DNA of 64,000 nucleotides from Patescibacteria group bacterium (GTDB lineage Bacteria > Patescibacteriota > Microgenomatia > Levybacterales > GWA1-39-11): the NCBI GenBank assembly GCA_035549315.1, contig DASZRC010000012.1, forward strand, positions 5,082 to 69,081, written 5' to 3'. Within the stretch, counting starts at the first letter, position 1. Every line of letters begins with the position of its first letter. The position numbers and the translations under genes were made by a program. The notes under the pieces were generated by a model that made no database searches, was not told where the DNA came from, and was given only the letters and a program-made list of their open reading frames with translations. Shown piece by piece: positions 10,801-18,245 of this stretch.

Positions 10801-13106
10801 TAAATACAACAGATTGTGATACTAGTCCAACAAATATAGTAAGTACTGAGAATACTTATGATAAGGTTTGGCTTTATAACCAATCTGCAGCTGCTTATCA
10901 GGATTTAACAACAGCCGCTGCTAACACAACAGCAGCAGACGTTTTTGATACAGTATCCTCAGGTCTTGTTTCAGCAGTAAGTGATGCTGCTTATTTTGGG
11001 TCGGCAAGTAAATTTGATACCATTTCTTGGGTATTATCAACAAATGGAACAACAGGAACTGTTGTTTGGGAATATTGGAATGGGTCAGCCTGGGCTCCAT
11101 TAACAGATATCCTAACTTACTCTTCAGCAAGCTTTACCGGAAGCGGAAATCTAACATTTATTCCGGATAATGATTGGGCAGCAACTCAAGTAAGCACAGA
11201 TAGCTCCCCTTACTACTATATCCGTGCCCGTGTTACATCGGCTTATGTCTCAAAACCGGTTGGAACCCAAATGGCAGCAATAAGTGCAGTTAACTGGGCA
11301 AGTGCTTTATCAAATGTAGTATCTGATACAACTCCAATAATTTGGACGGAAAATGCTGCAGCACCGGAAAGAGTACGCTACATTGCAGCAACTACTACAA
11401 GTTCATCTAGATCAACGGTTTCTGAAATAGCTCCCGGCATTATTGGTTATTCAGCAACAGTAAATGGAACAGCAGCATCAATGGAAAGACATTTAGTAAG
11501 AGCTTCCAACGGTACACTTAACGCATTTGTTGAAGCAAATACCCAACTTGGATGTGGAAGTCAAACAGGCACCAATATAGGTCTCATGTGGGTTCAGTCT
11601 ACAAACGGTGGGGCAACCTGGTCATGTATGGGGGCTCTAAATACTTCAACTCTTTACTACTCTGACGCCCAAATTGATTCTTCAAACAATATATACCTGG
11701 TTTACTCAGCGGTTGGAGCGAGCGCCGGTACGCAATATGACGTTTTTTACAGAAAGCTCACTTATAGCGGGGCTAACTCATGGACATTGGGAGCAGAGCA
11801 AATAGCAATTGATAATGTTAGCTCATCCCAACACTACGAGTTTGCAACAATTGCAGTAGAGGGGACTTCAAGACTTTGGATAGCGACCCGCTATTTTGAT
11901 GGAACAAACTATAAAATACCCGTTTATTATTCATCAGATCAATCGGATACTCCTACCTGGACCCAGTCGGTTGCTGCAGTAGATACGCCGGGGACTAATG
12001 GTAGCTACCATGTTGGAGAAATTGTTAGATTTGGTACGTCAAAGACTGCTGTTATATTTACAGATCAAGCATCAGGTGGAGATATGAAATGGAGCTGGAG
12101 GGATGACTCTGATGGACTAACTTCTTGGAATGCAATCGCAACGGCAAATGCAAGTACGGCTCTTGCAACATCAGGGTTTTCCGTAGCAGGAGACACAAAT
12201 GGCAATATTTACATAGCTGTTAACCAGGCGGCCTCCATATTCTTTAATTATTACAATGGTTCTGGTTGGTCATCTAATACAACTGTCACATCAACGGCTG
12301 CTTCAAGCACCTTCGTTTCCGTTTCAACAGACGGGACAAGTGCGTGGGTATTATACGGAGATACAAATGGACTTTCCGGAAGCCTTTTTGGAAGCAGACG
12401 TCTAGTTTATCAAAAAGGTGTAGCGCCTTTTGCATTTGCAAATTTTGGCGCAGTGACTCCGGTTATCTCACAAGAAACTACATATGATAAAGTTTGGCTT
12501 TATAACCAAGCAGCAACCGGTTATCAAGATCTAACAACCGCTGCCGGTAACACAACTACGGCAGATGTTAAGTACACCACAACATCAGCTGTTGTTTCAG
12601 CGGTTAATGACGCTGCTTATTTTGGTGCAACAACAAAGTTTGATTCTATTTCCTGGGCATTATCAACTGCCGGAACAACCGGGGTAATAGAGTGGGAATA
12701 TTGGAACGGATCTTCCTGGACTCCATTGACAGATATAATCTCAAGCGCAACTCCTAACTTTACAGCAACAACAGGATACATATCATTTATTCCAAATAAT
12801 GATTGGGCGGCAACTCAAGTAAATACAGATAGTACTCCTTACTACTATATCCGTGCCCGCGTAGTAACCGCTTTTGGTACAAAGCCGGTTGGAACTCAAA
12901 TGGATGCAATGACTCAAATAAATATGGCAAATCTTATTGGAACAACAGATGGGGGAGTGTATGGAATCTGGACAGAAAATAGCTCTGCAGTTATGAAGAT
13001 GAGATATTCAACAATTTTTGAGCCCAATAATGGGCCAACACTTGCGCAATTACTCCGTCACGGACAATGGTTTAACAATGGAGTAATACAGCCATTTACT
13101 TGGTAA
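4896..13106 (+). CDS. giant membrane-anchored M23 (LytM-type) peptidase fused to four tandem BNR/Asp-box propeller-like repeats
   Basis: ATG at 4896 follows the upstream stop; the ORF track's TTG at 4875 overlaps the previous gene. Basic N-terminus then TM helix. M23 signature 'GLDFSMPLGTPLVAVDDGTIIQAG...GHLSEI...GWAGQTGLATGPHLHFGLKD' at ~5400-5830. Four ~540-aa repeats each with Asp-boxes S-x-D-x-G-x-T-W (STDNGATW, STDSGATW, STNGGATW) plus SSWTAQ-type degenerate boxes. Confidence 0.8.
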   Translation: MKAKKDKYKKNNLSAGRQKNLKVRTKTIKKNKLKTTKKVVKRRVSVKKVTPAFGFVKFIEREEKLLEQEFFTPAFGFNKHNSKSSKSLYFIDSLFINNKAHNLNKILRHKRTKTILQISKVTAVYLAIIYMSVGNFAPVYAQALGQAVDNLVSQASSSALFAPRVALPIPQLIKPFVGDHPVSRIYGDTDLDHQDSAFGRALSIAEGPKGNNGLDFSMPLGTPLVAVDDGTIIQAGSGDYGTTVVIKNSWGKSLYGHLSEIGNYNVTNGGNTNDNRKLQPGDQVKKGDIIGWAGQTGLATGPHLHFGLKDSNDNWVDPANYLGLPQFAAKDPNATGSATLASLGSQVLGIETNNLEASLSATSRRPSAFDDKLNDSSEHFRYRKILNRGVNAHFWDKDKKKADFSLTDDSGKSSLSFTLRQDSNATDSAAPTVNGEELTYPVTVGGVDAVLKYTVTDNQVKEQIVFDKKPDISNDLNIVFDTQVNGLKTTSNNGQYNLKSDDGSDNWTIQTPNVVDSKGDNGQIIGVLDGSTYTLKIDKDFLDKANYPITVDPTVVINTSSDLNATQASTQHHIVRTSDGTLHSFVQVGTQTATCGGSSKSGLLWFNSTDNGATWTCQAQLSSDTTNLFYADARVDTSDNIYVVYSVNTTGRNNAYDVIYQKISYNGSSSWTAQTPQTVLDGSGSATAYSYATIELESTTRAWIATRYYDGTNYGVTVQYSNSLGNAPTWTQSISNLDTVGSTNTKHIPTMIRFGTSIGVIWSDQTANGLYWRTRGDSDSLSSWTAQVAVFTATGLVTPTFAAATDNQGHIYVATNAATSVYLNYFNGATWTAALTVSSAAASAAFVSLSTDGDNVWVFYGDTTNLAAGLSGNRRLVYKECYPPFLVTADCDTNSTSVNSYQDIFDKSWAFRATGSVYTDVTTAAGNTTTADVFNSSSTKMVSALGDIIYFGKTVQYDAISWAISTAGVGGTIVWEYCSGVDGSNNCNAWSTLSFTASSTPSFTATTNGYGAFTPPGGWVAGKVNTDSSTYYYIRARVSVAYTTAPIGTQMTSIPQINWPSAITNVVSNSVYMTWNENATSPEKVKYGAATVSALTPGTDSNINPVSAYSSLTTASQLSTQHHLVRTTDGTLHQFIQAGTLYACGAGSGTAPGLVWLTSTDSGATWNCQGQLNSAATYFADARVDSSDNIYVVYSTAANGAGAANDVFYRKLTYGGSSWTLGSEQTVFDGTGSVGYSYAALEIDSSRVWVAARYFDGVNYQVSVDYSNDQSASPTWTTSITNLETVGSTTTKHIPTMVRFGTNIGVIWVDQTSTGLYWRFHGDSDPLTSWTGQAPAFSTTALTTATFTAVSDSQGHIYLAAVPGTNAVYLTYFNGETWTTPFIVSSTVTAGTFVALSTDGNSVWVFYGDTTNLSGSLPGLRRLAYKKCSPPFFTATDCDSTATNVNTYQDIFDKVWKFTSIGSVYADETTAAGNTTTADVSIGGALNDIMYWGKTTPFDTLGYVLSTNGTTGVVRWEYWNGTAWVPIPTFISTSAQNYTATGYINFVPMSDWATTQINGESTPYYYIRSRVVTAYVAVPIGTQMDAIPQINWANSLTNVVSNTTPIIWTENSVSPMRLRYKTVTTTSSTRSAASEISPSVVGYSALTTATQDSSQHHLVRTTDGTLHAFVQSSTTQLGCGGQAGNNSASLNWIESTDNGATWSCQGQLNSAATYFADARVDSSDNIYVTYSVAGNGAGAANDVYYRKITYNGSSTWTLGAERLVLDGTAGVGYAYAALELDPSHVWISARYFDGTNYQVTVYYSSNLSDNPSWTQSITHLDTVGTTATRHTPAMVRFGTNIGVVWNDQTNTGLRWRFRNDSDDLSAWVTETNVFSTAALGIGLFAVTSDSAGRVYVAADPNTTAYLTYFNGVAWTAPLVVTTTSSSALFISLSTDGNNVWVFYGDTTNLSGTLSGNRRLAYKKCAPPFLNTTDCDTSPTNIVSTENTYDKVWLYNQSAAAYQDLTTAAANTTAADVFDTVSSGLVSAVSDAAYFGSASKFDTISWVLSTNGTTGTVVWEYWNGSAWAPLTDILTYSSASFTGSGNLTFIPDNDWAATQVSTDSSPYYYIRARVTSAYVSKPVGTQMAAISAVNWASALSNVVSDTTPIIWTENAAAPERVRYIAATTTSSSRSTVSEIAPGIIGYSATVNGTAASMERHLVRASNGTLNAFVEANTQLGCGSQTGTNIGLMWVQSTNGGATWSCMGALNTSTLYYSDAQIDSSNNIYLVYSAVGASAGTQYDVFYRKLTYSGANSWTLGAEQIAIDNVSSSQHYEFATIAVEGTSRLWIATRYFDGTNYKIPVYYSSDQSDTPTWTQSVAAVDTPGTNGSYHVGEIVRFGTSKTAVIFTDQASGGDMKWSWRDDSDGLTSWNAIATANASTALATSGFSVAGDTNGNIYIAVNQAASIFFNYYNGSGWSSNTTVTSTAASSTFVSVSTDGTSAWVLYGDTNGLSGSLFGSRRLVYQKGVAPFAFANFGAVTPVISQETTYDKVWLYNQAATGYQDLTTAAGNTTTADVKYTTTSAVVSAVNDAAYFGATTKFDSISWALSTAGTTGVIEWEYWNGSSWTPLTDIISSATPNFTATTGYISFIPNNDWAATQVNTDSTPYYYIRARVVTAFGTKPVGTQMDAMTQINMANLIGTTDGGVYGIWTENSSAVMKMRYSTIFEPNNGPTLAQLLRHGQWFNNGVIQPFTW
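6600..13106 (+). repeat. four in-frame tandem repeats of ~1.6 kb inside the giant gene
   Basis: Repeat starts at ~6600, ~8250, ~9860, ~11485, each beginning '...QHH(I/L)VRT(S/T)DGTLH' (degenerate 'ERHLVRASNGTLN' in repeat 4). Protein identity roughly 50-60%. Confidence 0.8.
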
Positions 13107-13264
13107 TGAATTATGAAAATAAATTATAAGCCCACCATATCTTACCGTTCGGCTTCAAGTACTATTCGTACACGCCTCGCGGAGCGATATTTAGCGGGCG
13201 TAAGAATTTGTAAACTCACATATTTATTGTTCGCTAACAAATTCTAACGAAAGGAGGTAAATAT

Positions 13265-13339
13265 ATGAAAAACATATTAAAAATGATAAAAGTTAAAATC
13301 GATTACGTTTTAGCATTGTATGCTGCACCTGTTGTTTAG
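13265..13339 (+). CDS. candidate small ORF (24 aa, MKNILKMIKVKIDYVLALYAAPVV) with near-perfect SD
   Basis: AAAGGAGGT 7 nt upstream of ATG; preceded by a GC-richer, possibly structured stretch at 13140-13210; no homology recognisable. Confidence 0.2.
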   Translation: MKNILKMIKVKIDYVLALYAAPVV

Positions 13340-13394
13340 GGTAGAGTATCAATCCTCTTAGACGGTTTGACCCGTAGCTTTTTAAAAGCGCGGG

Positions 13395-13424
13395 TTGACA
13401 TGTAAAAATGAAATCACCTATCAT
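13395..13424 (+). promoter_or_regulatory. putative sigma70-like promoter (TTGACA-N18-TATCAT) giving near-leaderless transcript for 13431 gene
   Basis: TTGACA at 13395-13400 and TATCAT at 13419-13424; ATG at 13431. Confidence 0.3.
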
Positions 13425-13430
13425 ATTAAC

Positions 13431-14249
13431 ATGGCCAAGAAAAAGATTAGTGAAGCAGAAATTGAAAAAAACGAGGAAGTAGCGCCCTTAGTTATAGAGG
13501 AAGCGCCTAAAAAATCAAAGTTATCTTTGACTAGCCATAGCATAGCCTATCTTATTGTTCTTTTTGTAATAATACTTTGCTTTATTGGAATGGCATTCTT
13601 CTATGTCAAATTCCAAAATTCTATAAATAAGTCATTTGGAGTTCCTACAATTGGGGCGCCAAATACCCCGGATAAAAATAAAGAACTGCTTGATGCTGTC
13701 TCAAAAATCGCAGAGTTACCTCCTAATGAAACGCCAACTTTTGCTACGGTTTCAGATGTTACAAAGCTTTCAGGCCAAAGTTTTTTTGCTAATGCCCAAA
13801 ATGGTGATCAGGTTTTAATTTATAACAACGCAAAGAAAGCTTATCTTTATAGGCCAAGTACGGGAAAGATAGTCAATATTGGCCCGGTTGCATTGAGTAA
13901 TGATACTGTTCCTTCAGAATCTGCTTCCCCATCAGCAGCAGCTACTCCAACAGCTTTGCCAAAAGTTGTAATACTTAACGGATCAACAAAAGTGGGTCTT
14001 ACTAAGATTGCAGATTCAAAACTCAAGGCAGATAAGGTCAAGGTGCAGGTTGCTGACCGCGATAACGCAAGACTAAATACATACCAAGATACTTTGGTGG
14101 TTGATATTACCGGTCAACACAAGGATGCAATAGCTTCAATAATTAAAGCCATAGGCGGTAAACAGGCTCCATTGCCAAAAGGAGAAGTAGCATCTTCAAG
14201 CGCAGATATATTAATAATTTTGGGTTCAGATTTTAACTCCGCTCAATAA
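13431..14249 (+). CDS. membrane-anchored LytR_C (LytR/CpsA/Psr C-terminal) domain protein
   Basis: Single TM (IAYLIVLFVIILCFIGMAFFYV). C-terminal 'VVILNGSTKVGLTKIADSKLKADKVKVQVADRDNARLNTYQDTLVV' matches the LytR cell-envelope-related C-terminal domain pattern. Confidence 0.55.
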   Translation: MAKKKISEAEIEKNEEVAPLVIEEAPKKSKLSLTSHSIAYLIVLFVIILCFIGMAFFYVKFQNSINKSFGVPTIGAPNTPDKNKELLDAVSKIAELPPNETPTFATVSDVTKLSGQSFFANAQNGDQVLIYNNAKKAYLYRPSTGKIVNIGPVALSNDTVPSESASPSAAATPTALPKVVILNGSTKVGLTKIADSKLKADKVKVQVADRDNARLNTYQDTLVVDITGQHKDAIASIIKAIGGKQAPLPKGEVASSSADILIILGSDFNSAQ

Positions 14250-17035
14250 GAAGAAGATAGTCTCTTTCTAAGTACCCTGTGAGCATAGAACAGCCACACA
14301 ATTATTGTCAGAATAGTAGCAATTATGAAGGGTAGAGTTGTAATAAGTCCGACCGTCTTAATAAATATAGTCTCAAATAAGATACAAGCTACTAGTAAAA
14401 GCTCAAAGCTAAATCCTACCAAATTTTCCATTCCGGCTAATAGAGTGCTAATCAAACTCTGTGAATCAGCCTCGTTTTTACGCGTCAAGGTAAACTGGAG
14501 TTTATGACTGGGGTAGGTTAGGCTATAGTCTTTTAATATTTCATTGGCGTAGCCATTTTTTGATACAACTATTTTAAAAGATGAGCCGCTTAATGGCTTC
14601 TTAATAAAGAAATCGCCGGTTTTATTTGTTTTAGTTTTAGCAATAAGCTGGCCTCCATGCAAATCAAATACTTCAACCAAAGCTTGGGTTAAATGGTTTC
14701 CCTTTGTGTGATCCATAACCTCTCCATATATATACTTGTTGTGGGTATGCCTAAATATTATTTCCTCAATTTCAAAGAATAAATAGCCTGGTAGATCAAG
14801 AGGCCTAATATGAGTTTTAACACTCAAGGCAGAAACTGTTGTAATAAGTAAAAGTAATAGGGATAGGGTAGCTATTAGATAGAAAAATCTATTAGAGCTT
14901 GCTAGCGCTGCAAGATAAAGAGATGTTGTTTGATAAAAATCACTAATTGTTGAGGCATAATAATCTATAATTACAAAAATATTGAGACCAACCGAACTTA
15001 GGTAAACTTGCGGATAATTTCCCTTTCCGGGACCAATTTCAAATCTTATTTCTTTTGGAGAGTACCCAATTGCTTCAACAACTATTTTATATTGGCCTTG
15101 GGGTAGAGTGATGCCAATCGTGCCATCCTTATTAGTATAAATTGGGTTTTGAATATTAAGAACACTTGGGGAGATTAGGGTATAGATTCTGCTATATGTA
15201 TTGTATACAAAAAGAGTTACTCTAGCGCCCTCTATAGGTTTTTTACTTTTGGCACTAAAGACATGAAGCGGGGTTACAAAGTTAAGGTTTGCTATTTTCT
15301 GTTCTGCTATATTGCCGCTAAAGTCTGCTATCTGGACATATAATTCATAATCCCCCGGAACCGATTGTCCAAGTAGCCTACCTATATATATACCCGGTTG
15401 GATTTCTGTTATTTCTACATTTTCAGAGCTTAAATTAGTCGTGACGGGTGGAGTTAGAGTATTTATTCCTAGAACTGTTTTTGATTTCAAAATTGCCCTG
15501 ATTCTTTTGATAGGTATGTTTTTCTGAAGTGAAAACCTAAATTCGTAAGGTGCATTGATAGGCATAACTATGGTTGGGGGCTGGTTGAGGCTTCCGCTAC
15601 CTGTTGCAGGATTTGCTCCGGAGGAGATGATATTGTTGTTGCTCGAGGTTATAAGGCTATTTATATTAACTTGTGGGCTTTCAGAAAGGGTAGCAGTAGT
15701 TAAAACATATATATCAGAGTTTATTTCTTCGCCAACTGCGTTTGTGGCTGTAATTGTAAAATAGTAGGTTGTAGAAGGGGTTAGGTCTGAAAGATTAATA
15801 GTAAAGTTTGTAGATTGATTTTTAGGCTTAATAATTTTTGTAAGTGCGGTTGGATCTATTCCGTAGCTAAAGACAATATTGGCAGCTTCATTTAGACTTG
15901 TAGAAATCTGGGCGGTTGAAGATGTTATTGAATCAATAGAAATTGTATTGAATGCAAACGGATTTGATGGATTAGGGGTCACGGTTGGACCTGGGGTACT
16001 TGTTGGTCCGGGCCCAGATGTAGGATTGGGGCCCGCCGTAGGCGTAGGGGTTGGAGTAGGGGCTCCCTCATATAAATAGTCAGATGTGACCGTGGAGTCG
16101 GGTGTCTGCGTGCCTGGCCCAACAACTCTTCCGTTTACGGAAAAGGATACGGTATTTGTGCCTGTATAAGCACTATTTGTTTTTAGCTGAAAAGTTACGG
16201 TTTGACCAGTGGTGTTGCCCGGAAAAACAGGAATGTGCCAAGTGATTTTTCTATTCACTGTATCTACAATTGGGGTTGCGCCTCCATATCCGTTACTAGC
16301 ACTGCCTATGACATAATCAAGAATATCCACTGTTGGAATGCCTGATCCAGATATTGTTCCTAGGCTCCAATCAGCCTCAACGTCTATGGTTGCACCATAA
16401 GATAAATTTGAGCCATAAGTTAGGGTATAGGTAAGAGTTGTATTTTGAGGGAAAGTAGAGCCACTTGGGTTTGTCAAAGCCAAGCTTGCATCAAAGTCTG
16501 TAGGGTTGGCAGCAACCGCCGCGCTTACATTTATCTGGTCATTAGCCACAATTGTCAGTCCATAGTCACCACTGTCAATTGGGGCTCCGCCGCTAGTTCT
16601 TGTTGTCAGTGTACCGCTTTTTTCGCCAAGAGTGCTAGTTGTTAATGTATTAGCGGCTGAGAAGTTAAAGCAATATGTAGTGCCGGTTGCTAGATTGCCA
16701 CTTGGGAAAGTAACGGTTTGGCCGGATACGCCAGTTGCGGTACCAATGCCGGGCCAAGCGCTTGCACCGGTTAAAAGATTTGTTGTGGTTACTGTCCAAT
16801 TAGCCGGATTATTATTTACACTAAATCCATTTGGAAAAGTTATTGATACCAAACCTTCCGTGGCATTAGATGTTGGTTGTCCGCAAATCATTCCACCAGT
16901 TGTTGTATTTGGTATTAGCCGGTCAAGTCTTACAAGCGTTGTTGATAAGTCTGAGGCCTCGGTCAGAGACATAAATGGAGATAAAATCCCAAGGAAAGCT
17001 ATAAGAATAATAAGGTAGGACAGGCACCTTTTCAT
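14243..17035 (-). CDS. large secreted/membrane surface protein with PT-linker, carboxypeptidase-regulatory-like beta-sandwich segments and C-terminal TM helices
   Basis: Signal peptide MKRCLSYLIILIAFLGILSPFMSLTEA; PT linker 'PTPTPTPTAGPNPTSGPGPTSTPGPTVTPNPSNP'; 'KPIEGARVTLFVYNT...DGTIGITLPQGQYKIVVEAIGYSPKEIRFE' and 'EVFDLHGGQLIAKTKTNKTGDFFIKKPLSGSSFKIVVSKNGYANE' are CarboxypepD_reg-like; several hydrophobic helices in the C-terminal third. Confidence 0.6.
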   Translation of the reverse strand: MKRCLSYLIILIAFLGILSPFMSLTEASDLSTTLVRLDRLIPNTTTGGMICGQPTSNATEGLVSITFPNGFSVNNNPANWTVTTTNLLTGASAWPGIGTATGVSGQTVTFPSGNLATGTTYCFNFSAANTLTTSTLGEKSGTLTTRTSGGAPIDSGDYGLTIVANDQINVSAAVAANPTDFDASLALTNPSGSTFPQNTTLTYTLTYGSNLSYGATIDVEADWSLGTISGSGIPTVDILDYVIGSASNGYGGATPIVDTVNRKITWHIPVFPGNTTGQTVTFQLKTNSAYTGTNTVSFSVNGRVVGPGTQTPDSTVTSDYLYEGAPTPTPTPTAGPNPTSGPGPTSTPGPTVTPNPSNPFAFNTISIDSITSSTAQISTSLNEAANIVFSYGIDPTALTKIIKPKNQSTNFTINLSDLTPSTTYYFTITATNAVGEEINSDIYVLTTATLSESPQVNINSLITSSNNNIISSGANPATGSGSLNQPPTIVMPINAPYEFRFSLQKNIPIKRIRAILKSKTVLGINTLTPPVTTNLSSENVEITEIQPGIYIGRLLGQSVPGDYELYVQIADFSGNIAEQKIANLNFVTPLHVFSAKSKKPIEGARVTLFVYNTYSRIYTLISPSVLNIQNPIYTNKDGTIGITLPQGQYKIVVEAIGYSPKEIRFEIGPGKGNYPQVYLSSVGLNIFVIIDYYASTISDFYQTTSLYLAALASSNRFFYLIATLSLLLLLITTVSALSVKTHIRPLDLPGYLFFEIEEIIFRHTHNKYIYGEVMDHTKGNHLTQALVEVFDLHGGQLIAKTKTNKTGDFFIKKPLSGSSFKIVVSKNGYANEILKDYSLTYPSHKLQFTLTRKNEADSQSLISTLLAGMENLVGFSFELLLVACILFETIFIKTVGLITTLPFIIATILTIIVWLFYAHRVLRKRLSSSY

Positions 17036-17189
17036 GCATATTTATCATATCGATATTAGCCTTAGTTAGTAAATAGTCAATCCTACTTTGAGGCTAAAAT
17101 ATAAATCTACGTCCCGTAGTCTTTTACAAAAAAGACCTATATTAAAATGACAGCCTTAAGACTTATTTTTAGGCCAAATATTGTATACA

Positions 17190-17209
17190 TTAAGCAATTA
17201 ATTGCTTAA
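17190..17209. promoter_or_regulatory. perfect 20-bp palindrome TTAAGCAATTAATTGCTTAA
   Basis: Exact inverted repeat ~155 nt upstream of the 14243..17035 gene start; candidate operator. Confidence 0.3.
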
Positions 17210-17314
17210 TCAATTAATATAAATTATATTTTTAGCCACAAAAAATTTAGAATGAATTATGCTTTGACTCATTATCATGAGAAGTTATGTAGTCTACTTT
17301 GTTGAGTGATGCAA

Positions 17315-17346
17315 GATGAGATAGGTGAACCTATGTAGCCCGAATT
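17315..17346 (-). repeat. pseudo-tRNA fragment: degenerate copy of tRNA-Tyr variable-arm/T-arm region 16 nt downstream of the gene
   Basis: 18-nt exact match GAACCTATGTAGCCCGAA (17329-17346 vs 17379-17396) with flanking similarity (GATAGG...); T-loop shortened. Confidence 0.45.
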
Positions 17347-17362
17347 AGCAAGTCTTCTTTTG

Positions 17363-17447
17363 TGCCGAGGATAGGATTCGAACCTATGTAGCCCGAACGG
17401 GCGACAGATTTACAGTCTGTTACGATTGACCACTCCGTCACCTCGGC
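17363..17447 (-). tRNA. tRNA-Tyr (GTA), type II with long variable arm
   Basis: Manual fold: acceptor GCCGAGG/CCTCGGC, D-arm with GG, anticodon stem ACAGA/TCTGT, loop CTGTAAA (anticodon GTA), variable arm CGCCCGTTCGGGC, T-arm ATAGG-TTCGAAT-CCTAT, discriminator A; CCA not encoded. Confidence 0.85.
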
Positions 17448-17509
17448 GTAAATATGATTTTACAGGATTTCAGGCTCAAAATAAAGACTTTACTGTTATA
17501 ATAATTTAA

Positions 17510-18070
17510 ATGAGATATATTGTTGGAATTGTAGGAGAAAATGGCGCCGGTAAAGATAACTTTACTATATTTCTCAAGGCCGCAGCGGCTCCCCGCTCTG
17601 TATCAAGAGTTAGATTTTCAGATGTTTTAGTTGAAACCCTAAAGCTTTGGGGAATAGATAAAACTAGAGCTAATCTTCAGAATTTAGCCATAATTATGGA
17701 TAAGCAGTTTGGTCCAGGAACCGTAACTCATGCTGCAGAGGCAAGACTTAAGAGGCAAAAGGCAGATATTGTAATAATCGAGGGCATTCGTTGGCAAACA
17801 GATGTCCCTATGATTAAATCAATGAAAAATAGTTTTATTGTGTATGTAACCGCCTCTCCTAAGACTAGATATGCCAGAATGAAGGCTCGAGCTGAAAAAG
17901 TTGGAGAAGATAAAGCAACTTACGAGCAGTTCCTTAAAGAAGAAGAAGCTGCAACTGAAACAGATATTCCAAAGATTGGGAAAACTGCTGACTTCAAAAT
18001 AGAAAATGATGGTGATATAGACGAGTTTAGGAAAAAAGTTGAAGAATTCTACATAAAACTTAAAACATAA
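17510..18070 (+). CDS. P-loop NTPase, nucleoside/nucleotide-kinase-like
   Basis: Walker A 'GIVGENGAGKD' at the N-terminus; size (186 aa) and layout resemble small dNMP/dephospho-CoA-kinase-like proteins; specific function not assignable. Confidence 0.45.
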   Translation: MRYIVGIVGENGAGKDNFTIFLKAAAAPRSVSRVRFSDVLVETLKLWGIDKTRANLQNLAIIMDKQFGPGTVTHAAEARLKRQKADIVIIEGIRWQTDVPMIKSMKNSFIVYVTASPKTRYARMKARAEKVGEDKATYEQFLKEEEAATETDIPKIGKTADFKIENDGDIDEFRKKVEEFYIKLKT

Positions 18071-18128
18071 AACTTAAAACTAATAACTGGTAAATATGTT
18101 CTCTTCTTGATAAAATTTAGGTTCAAAC

Positions 18129-18200
18129 GCCCTCGTGGCTCAGTGGTAGAGCGAGTTCTTGGTAAGAACTAGGTCATGGGTCCGATTCCCGTCGAGGGCT
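18129..18200 (+). tRNA. tRNA-Thr (GGT)
   Basis: Manual fold: acceptor GCCCTCG/CGAGGGC, D-arm GCTC-AGTGGTA-GAGC, anticodon stem AGTTC/GAACT with loop TTGGTAA (GGT); T-arm ATGGG-TCCGATT-CCCGT has C at position 55 (non-canonical); discriminator T. Confidence 0.7.
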
Positions 18201-18245
18201 CTAATTAACCTAAAGCTTAAACGTAAAACATAGAACTTAACAAAT

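Noticed and set aside
5930-11130. Several 60-80-aa ORFs on the minus strand or in other frames inside the giant 4896..13106 gene (5930..6172, 6586..6825, 6717..6926, 7399..7584, 7696..7984, 8215..8412, 10921..11130)
   Set aside because: Fully embedded in a long, motif-rich coding frame; low-complexity translations; typical antisense artefacts.
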